The notes beneath the pieces are model-generated. The model ran no database searches and had not been told where the DNA came from. It saw only the letters and a list, made by a program, of their open reading frames with translations. Source: the human T2T-CHM13v2.0 reference genome, Homo sapiens. From it: DNA of 64,000 nt. Location of the stretch: assembly GCF_009914755.1 (NCBI RefSeq), contig NC_060936.1; one strand, written 5' to 3'. Of this stretch, positions 29,070-47,583 are shown piece after piece; positions within the stretch are counted from its first letter, which is position 1, and the number at the start of each line of letters is the position of its first letter. Both the position numbers and the translations under genes were made by a program.

Positions 29070-29250
29070 CAATGGCTGTCAATGCTAGCTGCACAGTTAA
29101 AATCATCTGGAAAGCTTTAAAAACTATGAATGGCTGAGTCCAACCACAGAGATTCAGGGTCAATTGTTCTGAGTATCCTTTAAAAAAATCAGAATTTTAA
29201 AAAATGCTCCCAAAGTGATTTTAATACACAGGATTCAGAGTCACTTCTGC
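29070..29250. mobile_element. MER5-like hAT-Charlie MITE
   Basis: gctgcacagttaaaatcatctggaaagctttaaaaa...cagagattc...gctcccaaagtgattttaat. Confidence 0.7.
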
Positions 29251-30191
29251 AACCGGAAATGCCTCCTAACAGGTAAATATGTTCTAGAATTCATCTGTGT
29301 CTGTAAAATAGAGCCCAAAGTGCCTGGTAGAACTTCTATTCCACAATTCAAGGAGCTGTCCTAACCATCTAATAAACCATATTTAATTTTCCCAACAATT
29401 CCCCATTGAATCAAGGCAAAAACCCAGCCTCAGAAATGTCCAGTAACCAGTGCAAGGCACACTGGAAGGAAGGGGTGAATACAGAGTACTCTGGCAGGCT
29501 CCAAAGGTAGTGTCCTTAACCCTGATACACATTCCCCAATGTAGCCCATTCCTTGGCCTTGCTGGAGTGCTCACCCTTTCTTCCCAGAGTCCTGGGACTC
29601 GGGCTTTCCTCAGTTTCCAGGGGGGATTAGAGTTCAACTTTGAACCTCTACCTAGTTCCTACCAGCCCTTCTCTGTTGCTCCTGATATGTTCATCATTTT
29701 GAAGGAACTCTGTCGACATAGCCTGGATGCTTCAAAATCCAGTCACTAGGTCAGTCAGTCCCTTGGGTGCAATTCCTTCTAGCCACTGACCCAGCACTCT
29801 GTGAGGCCAAAGTGGATCTCTTTATTCCTTTCCCTTCTCCCCCGATCATGCCCTCCCCACTCAATCTATCCTTTTCTTCCAGATTCTGCCCATAGTCAGT
29901 CCTGGTTTACTCCCAGTTGTTTGCATGCTATGTGGCAAGGCCCAGCCAATTACAGCACCAATTAAATCCCTTTGATTTCTTCTTTCCAAATGAAGTGCCA
30001 TAAAGCTGCTTCTATTTCATCGTGTACATTTATGATCACTCTTTGAAACCTAAATGTATGACTTCACAATTTTTGCTTTTTTATTTAGCTTTATTAGTTT
30101 GTGCCTATTATGTCAGCACTTCCATAGAATCTGAAATTGTCATTTATCATAATGAGGTATCTTTCTGAGATGTTTATATCAGCTGCATTTT

Positions 30192-30586
<395 letters not shown>

Positions 30587-30954
30587 TAAAACCAACAGAA
30601 TCAACATTTTCTGGCAAAAATCATCCACTTGACTGTCTCCAAATAAGTATACAATCTTATTTTCAATATTTTAATGAGGAGTTTTGTGACTGCTTTGCTG
30701 AAACTGAGATTCACTATCTAGATATTGTTCCCTGAGCCTGGTTACCATAATGAGTGTTGTTAGCGAACCCTTATGGGTTCCTGGTGATCTCTTTATTCTT
30801 CTCCAATTGCTGACAAATATTTGAGGATCTATTATAAACTTGTCAGGGTTTACATGAAATGTCAAAGACCATTTGTGAAAAAGTGGAACAACACCCTGCA
30901 TTTTCCTATTTTTTAGGATCGCTCCTATTCTCTATAACCTTTCCAAATTTACTA

Positions 30955-31113
<159 letters not shown>

Positions 31114-31224
31114 CTAACAGTTGCTTTGAGGTCAGTTCCTTTACATGTGGGATGTAATCAGCTGGGTTTTCTTCACATCTTTCCACCTATCCAGTGTTTC
31201 AGTGTCCTTTTAATTCATTTGTCT

Positions 31225-31525
31225 TTTTAATTGAAAACTTTGCTGAGATAATTAAAGATTTGCATGGAGTTGTAAAACATAATACAGTGATCCCTTGTAC
31301 ATTGTACTGTTTCCCTCAACTGTTTTTGCAAAACTATAGTATAATATTGCAACCATAAAATTGACATTTGATATAATTCCCCCCATCTTACTCAGATTTC
31401 CTGTTTCACCTGGATTTTTGTATGTGAACCTCTATACAATTTTATCACTCATGTATAATTGCGAATCCAGTTAAGATATTCAACGGTTCTAACTCTGCAA
31501 AGATTCCCTGTGTTGCCTATTCATG
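31225..31525 (-). mobile_element. L1MC-like 3' end
   Basis: gagttgtaaaacataatacag...tgcaaaactatagtataatattgcaacc. Confidence 0.7.
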
Positions 31526-32005
31526 ACTCTTTTAAACACTGCTTGCTTTACTCTCTTTGGTTTTTAGATCAATTTCCATGAAGGAAAAAGGAGATGCAAA
31601 ATAAGAGTTGAGAGGCTGTGCCTTCACTGCGCTACTTGTTAACATTATCACTTTCTATTCCTTTTCAGCATGGTTTCTTAATCTGCATAAGAATTTCTTT
31701 TTAAATATTATTGTTATTTTTTCCTAGAATTTTAAAAATGCTTTCATGTCCTTAGGTTTTCTTTATCTGATGTCCATTTTCATAATTTCTTTGAAATGTA
31801 GCTTGGTAAGTGGGTAGAGTGGTTTGCCTGTTTTTCTACTTTGTAGTAGAATGAAATAAATAACAGCACCCATTTGGGACACAAATTAATTGACATTGTT
31901 TCCTACATAGTTTCCAATTATAAATATGTATGAAATACCTTTTATTTGGGTATTAAACTATAATGAGCATTTGTAGCTATTTAATGCACTAAAATATCGT
32001 TTCTG

Positions 32006-32160
32006 GGCCAGGCATGGTGGCTCACACCTGTAATCCCAGCACTTCGGGAGTCCAAGGCAGGAGGATCCCCTGAGGCCAGGAGTTCAAGGTTACAGTGAGG
32101 CTACTATTGCACCACTGCACTCCGGCCTGGGCAACAGGGTGAGGCCCCGTCTCTACTATA
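32006..32160 (+). mobile_element. FRAM-type Alu monomer
   Basis: Monomer containing the right-arm segment gttacagtgag...ccactgcactcc. Confidence 0.85.
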
Positions 32161-32283
32161 TATAAAATTTCCCTCAGTAATCTCTTTGAGGAATAAGATC
32201 ATATTTTATACCTCTTTTGTATCTACAGTGGCCGCTGTGCTTGCCTTTTCAACATATATGCCCCAAATGATTAGTTTTAAGCC

Positions 32284-32475
32284 AAAGATTGGCCCTTGCT
32301 TTATAAAGTGGCAGACAGTACATATTTTAGGCTTCGTGGGCCAAACAGTCTCTGTCACATTACTCAACTCTGCCACTGCAATGCAAAAGACAATATGTAA
32401 ATGAGTGGGCGTGGGATATGCCGATAAAACTTTATTTATAAAAACAGGCAGCTAACTGTAGTTTGCCTACCCCTG
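32284..32475. mobile_element. MER58A
   Basis: tattttaggcttcgtgggcca...actcaactctgcc...ataaaactttatttataaaaacaggc...tagtttgcctacccctg. Confidence 0.8.
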
Positions 32476-32479
32476 ATCT

Positions 32480-32860
32480 AAGCCAACAGTGGCAACTTCC
32501 TCAGCCAGTGACTGGTTTACAAATGCACATATGATCCAATCTGGTGAAAGGGATGTGAGAAAAGTCTGATGGGGGCTTCTGGGAGAGACGATTTCACATG
32601 TAAGACACACAAGGAAGAGACAACCCCTTTTTCCCCCTTGGATGTTACCAAATCTGAATGTGATAGCCAGGATTGCTAGAGCCATCTTGTTCCTGATCTA
32701 AAGATGAGGCCATCAAACATAAGGGGGTTAGGCCACGAGAATCACAGAGGAGAGCAGCAGCTTGGCATACTGGGCCTGGAGACAGCCCCACTTCTTAGGG
32801 AAGACAATAAACTTCCTTATTGCTTAAGCCAATGCGTTGGCCCAAAAGCATCCTAATTAC
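32480..32860 (+). mobile_element. MLT1J-like LTR fragment
   Basis: ccagtgactggttt...atccaatctgg...aataaacttccttattgcttaagcca...aaagcatcctaa. Confidence 0.55.
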
Positions 32861-33629
32861 TGTAGCACCCCCTCTGGCGTTCAGCAAAGTACTTCACAGA
32901 GAATAGACGTTCAGCAAACAACAGTTTGCTGGTCTGGCTAACAATCTGAACCATGAATTTATGCAAATCAGAATTCCTTCCGCTGTAAATAAACTAGTTC
33001 CTCTTATAATCCTCTTTTTTTCTTAAAAAAAAAAAGGATTAAAAAATAGAAAAACACCAATGAGAGGAATAATATAGTAAACCTATATTATTTAAGATGA
33101 ATAGAAAAGTGATAAGTTTTCATGTTTTCTGAAAATAAATGTGTTTTAACTTATTTATCCGTTCCCTGCAGTTTTCCTCCTCTTACTTTAAGCCTCTCTC
33201 TCCGTGGTTGGCCCTTGGAAGGCCTGCCATATGCAAATGTGTGTATACTCATCAGTCTTATTAGGCGTAGTTCCAACTGGCCACCCCACATGAACACAAT
33301 TAAAAGTTAAACATCAATTAAAATTCACAGACTCCATTTAGCTTTCTCAAAAAGCACTAAATAACGGTACACATTTGGGACACAAATTAATCTACATTGT
33401 TTCCTTCATCAGTCTTTAGTTATCAAACATCCTAAGCCTCATTTTAGACTCTGTTAATTGCTCATTCAGCCCACACTGAGTAAGCAATGAAAAACGAGCC
33501 CGAGACAAAAGAACAAAAGAATGAGATGCCACAGTGGATCAAGTTTAGTCAGCCAGGTGGTTCGTCAATGATGGTGGCACTGGAGAAATCCTGTGTGAGG
33601 ACAAACACTGTCCAAGTGAGGGGCATGTG

Positions 33630-35317
<1,688 letters not shown>

Positions 35318-35379
35318 CTAGATCAGCTCACAGGATAAGACTAAACAAGATGAAATGTAATAAAACTGACTTTGAAGTA

Positions 35380-35790
<411 letters not shown>

Positions 35791-36744
35791 TGCACTGGAG
35801 ATTCCTAAGCAAAAAGAGGAAAACCGATTCTTGGACACACTAAGATGTTTTAAAATTAAAGCTAAGTTTCAACTAATCCTTAATTGTTACAGTCCTGTGT
35901 CATTTTTGTATGAGGGCCATCATCACTAAGATCTGTCATTATTGTAACAGGAGTAGTGATGCTGTAAAAAGGAACAGGACACAACTGGAGGCTGCGGAAA
36001 TGGTAGGGAGCATGCCAACATCTCTCCTGCGAAGGGCAAGCGGAGATACTCACATCCCCAGATTAACATGGTATTAAGTGCTCAATTCAAGCCAAGATAG
36101 ACTCTAAGGTCCAAAGGCAAATGAGGTATCCAAGAAAGGAAGCAGAGGTCCCACGGGGTGAGGGGTGGGAACAGGAAGCACCACTATATTGCACCGTGTC
36201 AGGTCCGCCATAGTGGAGGTGTGGAGGGCCCCACCTTGTGAACGATTTGTGTTTTATCCTAGAATGCAAAGTAGGTTCCCTCTTGACTGACAAAGTACAA
36301 TGCTCTTCCTCTGCTGGTACCACTGATAGCATTCATAATATGCTTTTACGAATAATGCAATCTGGAGACATCTGAAGGATACAGCTTTTGGTCAATAAAT
36401 CCAACTCTAAAAGCCCTTTTAAAGCTTTGCCCAACCACCTCGGCCTTCTTTAATAGAATTACTTCTGTTTTTCCACAGAATGATTTCTCCTCTGATTAAG
36501 AATCACTTCAAACTATAGAAGAGATGCATATGACAGATCTGTGTATCTTCAGGACTTTCGTGATGCTAAATGGCAAACACATGTGGGTCAGAGTTGAATT
36601 TCTTAGGACAATAGTGAAAAGCTGAGTGCCATCTCCTCCTCCCCATGTCATCCCTCTTCAGGATATGCTGAAAAACTATTTTAAAATATCATTTCAAAGG
36701 TGTCAAGTTATGAGCTAGCTGAGCTAGATGTTCATGTGTCTCAG

Positions 36745-36747
<3 letters not shown>

Positions 36748-36779
<32 letters not shown>
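36748..36779. repeat. (TG)16 microsatellite
   Basis: Perfect dinucleotide run. Confidence 0.97.
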
Positions 36780-36782
<3 letters not shown>

Positions 36783-36919
36783 GTCTCAAGAAAGGATCTC
36801 TTTCTGCAGAAAAATACACGTGTGTACACATCCCTACAAATTAATGGTGCTCTTGGACTTCTAGTGCATGGCCAGGAATTCCAAGTTAAGAAACTTATGT
36901 CTTATTCCATTTTGTGTTG

Positions 36920-37612
<693 letters not shown>

Positions 37613-38239
37613 TGCTGCCATAAAGGAATACGCCAGGCTGGGTAATTTATAAGGAAAAGAAGTTTATTTGCCTCATGATTCTGCAGGCTGTATGAGAAAC
37701 ATGGCACCAGCACCTGCTTCTGGTGAGGGCTTCATGCTGCTTCTACCCATGGTGGAAGGTAAAGGGAGGCCAGTGTGTGGAAAGATCACGCGATGAAAGA
37801 GGATGCAAGAGAAAGCAGGGAAGGGCCAGACTCTTTTTAACAACCAGCTTTCAGGAGAACCAATAATGTAAGCACTCCCACCCATCCCCAGGGAGAGCAT
37901 TAATCTATTCACAAAGGATCCACCCCCATGACCCAAATGCCTCCCATTAGGTCCCTCCTCCAACACTGGGTATCAAATTTCAACATGAGATTCGCAGGAG
38001 ACAAACACGCACACTTATAGTATCTTACTACAGTGGGTAAGTATACCTAGAGAGACTATTTTAAAGACACTCTAAAATGGCTTATGAACACCCAAGAGGC
38101 TTATTTTTCCAGCTTCTAGGTTTGTCATTGTTCAGACCTACCACAGGCACATCTGACTACCTGTGGAGCCCACCCTAGATGGAGCATGCACTGGCCTGCA
38201 GATGATTGGGTTTTTTTCAGTATAAAATTTATAAACAGA

Positions 38240-38551
38240 TTTTGTTTTTGTTTTTGTTTTGTTTTTTGAGACAAGGTCTCACTCTGTCACTCAAGCTGGA
38301 ATGCAGTGGCACGGTTTTGGCTCAGTGCAGCCTTGACCTCCCAAGCTCAAGTCATCCTCCCACCTCAGTCTCCTAAGTAGCTGGAACTACAGATGCGCGC
38401 CACCATGCTGGCTAATTTTTGTGTTTTTTTCTATAGATGGGGTTTTGCCATGTTGCCCAGGCTGATCTCAAACTCCTGGGCTCAAGCAAGCCTCCCTCCT
38501 CAGCCTCCCAAAGTGCTGGGATTACAGGCGTGAGCCACCACCACTTCCAGC
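38240..38551 (-). mobile_element. AluJ
   Basis: J-type sequence; TSD tat(a/t)aacag(a/g)tttt. Confidence 0.92.
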
Positions 38552-39838
38552 TATTAACAGGTTTTTAAATTATAACTAGCTTGTCTTTGGAGAAAGAATG
38601 CAAGTATTTGAGAACAAATTAATAAACTGGCATTGTAATGTTGTGTGCATGTGTATGTTTGTACATGTGTGAGTGCCTGTGACCGCTGTGTATGTTGTAT
38701 GTACGAGTTTACGTGCGTCTTCCCTTAAGAGATGAATCATCCATCCTCCCTGGGTCTGCCATTTCCTGGTTTACCAGACAGATGATTCACTCAGGTAGGA
38801 GCCAACCTATGGGTCCCCAAGCAGCCTATCCCCTAGGAGCTCAGCTAACCTCCTCCCATCCACAACCACCCCATCTTCAGGGACGCTATCATATTGGAGA
38901 CACCTGCCCACACTGAAGCCTTTGCAGCAGCTTTGAAAAGTTCCAATCCCTTCTTATCGCAAAGGACTAATCTGCTTCTTATCGCTAAGCTTCCTCAACT
39001 ACATCCCACTGTGCGGCCTAAAGGGGATTACCAGCTGTCAAGTCGCTTTTATCTTTCCACCTACCCAACAGCAGACAGGAGAGCTCAAAATGGGACAGAA
39101 ATAATAACTAAGAGTAAAGGAATTCCCAAAGGGGCGAATCTGTGTCTCTGAGGCAATGAAAGCATCCTACACAAAATGTAAAACATGAGTCTTGGGTTTT
39201 CCTAAATTCTCCTGTCTTTTTTTGGCTGAAAGCATGAGACCGATAAATAAGTGTCTGCCAACTGCTCGCTCTGACCAGCAAAGAAAATCAACTGGGGAAA
39301 GAAAGTCAAATCAGGAAAGGGAGTTGAGCACGGGCTTGCATATGGGGAAGCACGCACACACGCACATACACACACGCGCACATGTATGGACGCTCACACG
39401 TGCAGGGAGAAAGGAAAGGAAAAGCCACCACCCTTCCTGAATTTTCTGAGACAGACCTATAACTGTTCCAGACAACACAGGAACTCTTCGAAGTTCAGCT
39501 AAGGAAAGAGAATGTTTCCACTTCACAGGATCATCAGACACTGGCTCTGTTTCTAGGTATATGTGTACACAGAGGTTCACAGATAATACTGCTGTCCTGT
39601 GGCAGCAAATGTCACGCTGCTGACCAGCACTTGAGTTTATTTTCCCAGTTCTGATATCTTTTCCAGTCATCCTGGAGACCAAGAGCTTGATGGTCCGAGT
39701 CAAACAAAAGATCTTTTTATTGCGCAAGGTCAAGTGGCCCAAATCAAGCCAAATAACTTTTGACAATGTGCATTTGTTTAAAATTTTCAATGGCTTCCCA
39801 CTTCCCTAAGGATAAATTCTCAGTTCTCTAACTGTGAG

Positions 39839-40266
39839 AAGGGTGGGCCACATACTTTGATGGTCCAAATCGGGACATTTTTGGGAGTGAAAGAGAGTGC
39901 TATTAATAATAGTGCTGGGGCTGGGCTCGGTGGCTCACACCTGTAATCCCAGAACTTTGGGAGGCTGAGGCGGGCAGATTGCTTGAGCCCAGGACTTTGG
40001 GACCAGCCTGGCCAACATGGCAAAACCCGTCTCTACTAAAAATACAAAAATTAGCCAAGTGTGGTGGCACACTCCTGTAATCCCAGCTACTCAGGAGGCT
40101 GACATGGGAAGATCACTTGAGCCTGAGAGGCTGACGCTGCAGTGAGCTGTGAGGATGCCACTATACTCCAGCCTGAGCAACAGAGTCTCAGAAAATAATA
40201 ATAGTGCTAGACAACTGCCACACGCAAGAGCTGTCTTCACTGACAGACCAAACAATGGGCACCCTA
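39839..40266. mobile_element. MER94 hAT-Blackjack MITE split by an Alu
   Basis: agggtgggccac...gtccaaatcgggacatttttgggagtgaaag...tattaataat; ends atgggcacccta. Confidence 0.75.
39919..40195 (+). mobile_element. AluJb-like
   Basis: TSD taataatagtgct at 39904-39916 and 40196-40208. Confidence 0.92.
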
Positions 40267-40269
40267 CCC

Positions 40270-40720
40270 TGAGGTCTCTGGCTCTGGCTTGTGATCAACC
40301 CACTTATCTCACCGTCCTCTGCTCACTCTCTTCTCTAGCCACACTGGCTTCTCTCCGCTTTTTGAAAGGGGCTAGCTTTCTCCAGCCTCCGGGACCTTGG
40401 CATGCCCTTTCCTTTCCCTGCTCCATGGGTTTGCAGCTTCCTCACCTGGCTCACTCCTGCTCATCCCTTCTTCAGGTCTCAGCCTAGATGTCACTTGGGC
40501 AGGGAGGTGTCCTCTGCCCCCCAGGACAAGGCTAGCTCCCTCTTATGGGCTCCCACAGCATCCAGAACACCCCCCATCACATCTGTGATGATTTAATGCT
40601 TGCTCCTGCCCCCACAGATGCTCAGTGTTCCACCACAATGAATAAGCCACCGAGCCAGCTTTCCTCGCTGCCAAATCCCTGGTCCCCAGTGCAGCGCTGA
40701 CCCAAGGAGGTGCTGGGTTC
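40270..40720 (+). mobile_element. L2 fragment
   Basis: ctagccacactggcttc...ggctcactcctgctcatcccttcttcaggtctcagc. Confidence 0.65.
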
Positions 40721-40949
40721 AAGTCCCACCACAGGCATCCCCACTCCAATGCTTGAACGCCACTGCCCTTCCCCACACTGCTGTGATTGTGGGCGGCCCT
40801 GAGTGTTCCCTTGGACTGAGGCTGCCTTTGACCTAGTCTGTCACACTGGACTGACATCAACCCACTTAGTGCTGTGCGTTCCTCCAAGGCAGAGACTGTA
40901 ATTCACTCACCGAGGCACGTGCTGATGAAGATACTGGTGAAGGAAACAC

Positions 40950-41585
<636 letters not shown>

Positions 41586-43097
41586 AACAGCTGACATTTC
41601 ATTAACACTTATATGCTAGGCACTGCTTGAGGTTTACATACATATTATATCTCATTTAATCCTCAAAACAGTCCTACAAAGTAAGTATTATGCCTTTGTT
41701 TATTTTTCAGATAAAGAAACCAAGGCATAGATACTATAATGAACACTCAGAGAGTAAGCAGCAGAGCACAACACTGGACGCATGATCCACAGCAGGTGCT
41801 CAATGACTTCTGAATAAATGACAGGACGCTGCGAGTGTGCACGTGTTAGGCACAGTGAGGCAGGCTCGAAGCAGTTACACAGGTAGACTGCTGAGATGGC
41901 CTTGCCAGTTCCTATGGAACTGTCTGCCTCAACTGCGTCTTCCAGGCATAGCTTCAAGCCCAGCTTGATGTTTACAAACACGACATGACCATACAGCCTA
42001 CCCTCCTGGACGCAGATGACTGCAGCAGGGGCAGGCTCCTGACCCATGTTTGGGCGATCATAGCGATACCCTAAGACTTAGGAACTGGAACCACAAAGTC
42101 ATTTTCTTTCTTGGTCCCTGGACTCTAAAACATAAACATGTTTCAGAGAAAAACAGGGAACAAACACATAGCATCTATATGTTTGTACCTATATTTAGGT
42201 TAAAACCTAAACACCCAAATAAAGCCTGACATATTCTAACAAGTAGCTTACGTTGTCTAATTTTTCCACTTAAATAAAACATTGGCTAGCACACAGGAAC
42301 TACTAGGCCAGTTAGGACTGCTTCTGCTGCTGAAATGGAACTGATCATTAAGAGTCATTTGGTAATTAAATTATTCAACCCATGTTTACTGTGTACCTAC
42401 TATGAGCCAGGAACTCTGCGAAGCAGATGGTAAACAAGACAGATGTGGTTCACGTCCTCTCAGATCATACAGTTGTAGTGGAAAGTAACACTACAGTGTG
42501 AGTGTTATTATCCATGGGAAATAAGAGGAACAGAGAGAATTCAGAGCAGTAGGTTTAAACAAATTAGTCATTGAAACTGAAGTGGAACAAAAATTACACT
42601 GTTTATGAGTTGTTTGATCCCAACAAATTCTTATAAAATTGAATGATTATGAAGAATTATTGATATAAAATAAATGCTAAATGTATAAATAAAGTCTTAC
42701 ATAAATAATACTAAAACTATAAAGTCTTCATATGCATATTGAGTCATTCTAACAATCATATATCAAGTATGGACCATCCAGTCTCACCATGATTAAACAG
42801 AATATTAGTAAGATTTGCATATGCATTATGAATGTCTGATTAAACCACTTGACAGTGAAAAACTAAGTGGTTTTCAGAAAACACTCAATCCAACCAATAC
42901 CTTTTGCCAGTTTAACGCCAGGGCTAGCCTAATTAAAACTACATTCTGCAGGAAGCACTTTGCAAAAATATTAGAATATATTTGAAGTTCGCAAGCTAAA
43001 AGGGCAACACTAAAAGGATTTCAGCAATAGTAAACAGGACGAGTAGCTATGGTGATAGAAACACATTTGATGTAATATATGACAGGTGCTATTAACT

Positions 43098-43822
<725 letters not shown>

Positions 43823-43995
43823 GGTAGTGCAAGACAGAAGGCTGTACTTAAAATGTTTGAACCTTGGGCAACCGTAGCTATAGAGACTGAGAATTCTGTG
43901 TGCAATGAGAGACTCGGCATAGATACCAGGAAGTAGCCCATCCGTGGTGAAACAGTGTAAAATATTGATCATTGTGGGACACTGAATCAGAACTG

Positions 43996-44110
43996 TGGTA
44001 GAAGCTGGTGCTTGTTTACTCAACGTACACTATCCATATTCTTCCTCATCAACAGAATCCTGTATTTGTTCCCATGGTGGGCACTCACATGTCCTTTCCT
44101 AGCCCCAGGG
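43996..44110 (+). mobile_element. 5' fragment of an MLT1J-like LTR
   Basis: tgtggtaga...ccatattcttcctcatcaacagaatcctgtatttgttc...ctagccccaggg. Confidence 0.5.
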
Positions 44111-44113
44111 CAA

Positions 44114-45070
<957 letters not shown>

Positions 45071-45334
45071 TGCTGTGGTACAAAACTACACTTTTTGCTC
45101 ACTTTCATCTTTGAATACCTTATGAAAGTTTGCTGCTAAACAGAGCAAAGCACTGGTGATTGGTCCATAGAAGAGTATCTCACCAGGCAGCCAGCATGGA
45201 TGAAAAATTATGGTAACTTACACTGAAGTAATAATGATTACCTGCTGCATTAGGTACAAGGTTTACAGGACAAAGTAATATTTTAATTTAATAGCAGTGG
45301 TTACTTATATGATATCTTGAGTAAATTTAATAAA

Positions 45335-46084
<750 letters not shown>

Positions 46085-46085
46085 C

Positions 46086-46521
46086 TTTTTTTAACTTTTA
46101 TTTTAGGTTCAGGGGTACATGTGCAGGTTTGTTATATAGGTATATAGTGTGTCACGGGGGTTTGGTGTATAGATTATTTCATCACCCAGGTAATAAGCAT
46201 AGTACCTGACAGGTAGTTTTCCAACCCTCTCTCTCTTCCCACCCGCCACCCTCAAGTAGACCCGGCATCTTCTGTTCCCTTCTTTGTGTCCACATGTACT
46301 CAGTGTTTAGCTCCTACTTGTGAGTGAGAATATGCAGTGTTTGGTTTTCTGTTCCTGTGTTAGTTTGCTTAGAATAATGGCCTCCAGCCCCATCCATGTT
46401 GCTGCAAAGGACATGATCTCATTCTTTGTTACGGCCGTGTAGTATTCCATGGTGTATATGCACATTTTCTTTATCCAGTCTACCATTGCTTGGCATTTAG
46501 GCTGATTCCATGTCTTTGCTA
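46086..46521 (-). mobile_element. L1PA13-16-like 3' end
   Basis: ttttattttaggttcaggggtacatgtgcaggtttgttatataggt...catccatgttgctgcaaaggacatgatctc. Confidence 0.88.
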
Positions 46522-46699
46522 CAGCAGCTTTTTAAACAGATACCATAGTGATAAGTATATTGCCCCTGAATATAATGATCTCTTATTTTCCCTTTATAAT
46601 TTGAGAAGTGGTCTATACATTTTTACTCTTATATTAAGGCTTCATTTGTAAGTAATAAAGCCTAATTTTTTAAAAAAGAAAAGAAAGCATGAAAAGGAA

Positions 46700-47430
46700 T
46701 CTTAAGAGAGCAGAGCACATTCAGAAACTGCTAATGGGCCACAAAGGCTGTAGAGAAAGCAAGAGATGAAGACGGGCAGGTGGGCAATGGAGATTTTTGT
46801 ATATCGCACATCAAAGTGTGACTTTCATCCCAGTAGCAATGAGGAGCCACTGAAGGATTTTAAACAAGGGACTGACATAACCAGATTCTTTATATAGGAA
46901 GATTAAATGGGCTGCACTATGGGAAAGCAAATTGCAAGGTGGCACAGGAGTCTAGTACAAGACAGTAAGGTCTGAATTAAGGCCACAGCAGTGGATGGAT
47001 TTCAGAGGTGTTTAGGAGGTAATGGGGAAAGGGTCTGGTGACAGACTGGATTTCTCAGGTAAAGAATGAGAAGCAGTGAAAGTGACTCCCAGATGTGACA
47101 GGGGGTGGCTGGTGATGCTGTCCACAGAGGCAGGGAATGCAGGAGGCTCAGGTGAATGGGAGTGTCAGGAAGGGGTGAGAGACACAAGGCACATTCAGTT
47201 TTTGGCACTTGGGACATCTCATGGAGATGATCACCAGATAACAGAATCTATGGGTCAGGCACTCTGATCTAAGCAGTAACTATAATTTGAATGCAAATAG
47301 CAATTGAAGTCATGGGACTTCATGAGATCATCTAAAGAAAATGAAAAAACGGGTAGATGCATAAGTGAAACTATAGAAAATACTAATACCAGGGATGAAT
47401 GAAGGAGCAGCATCCACAGAGAAAAAACTG
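46700..47430 (-). mobile_element. L2 fragment
   Basis: gcaatgaggagccactgaaggattttaaaca...atggatttcagaggtgtttaggagg. Confidence 0.7.
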
Positions 47431-47431
47431 G

Positions 47432-47583
47432 AGCCAGGCATGGTGACACATGCCCATGGTTCCCGCTACTTGGGAGGCTGAGGCAGGAGGATCTCTTCAG
47501 TCCAAGAGCTCAAGGCTACAGTGATCACACCTGTGAATAACCACTGCACTCCAGCCTGGGCAGCACAGCCAGACCCTGCCTCT
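47432..47583 (+). mobile_element. FAM (fossil Alu monomer)
   Basis: Retains the 7SL-derived cctgtgaataaccactgcactccagcc segment absent from dimeric Alus. Confidence 0.8.

Noticed and set aside
32864-32935. CTCF-like gcaccccctctggcg and a short cgttcagcaaa repeat/hairpin
   Set aside because: A key CTCF position mismatches and the repeats are too short to exceed chance.
39311-39790. 159-aa minus-strand ORF
   Set aside because: Non-ATG start, runs into a CA repeat, no recognisable domain or splice structure.
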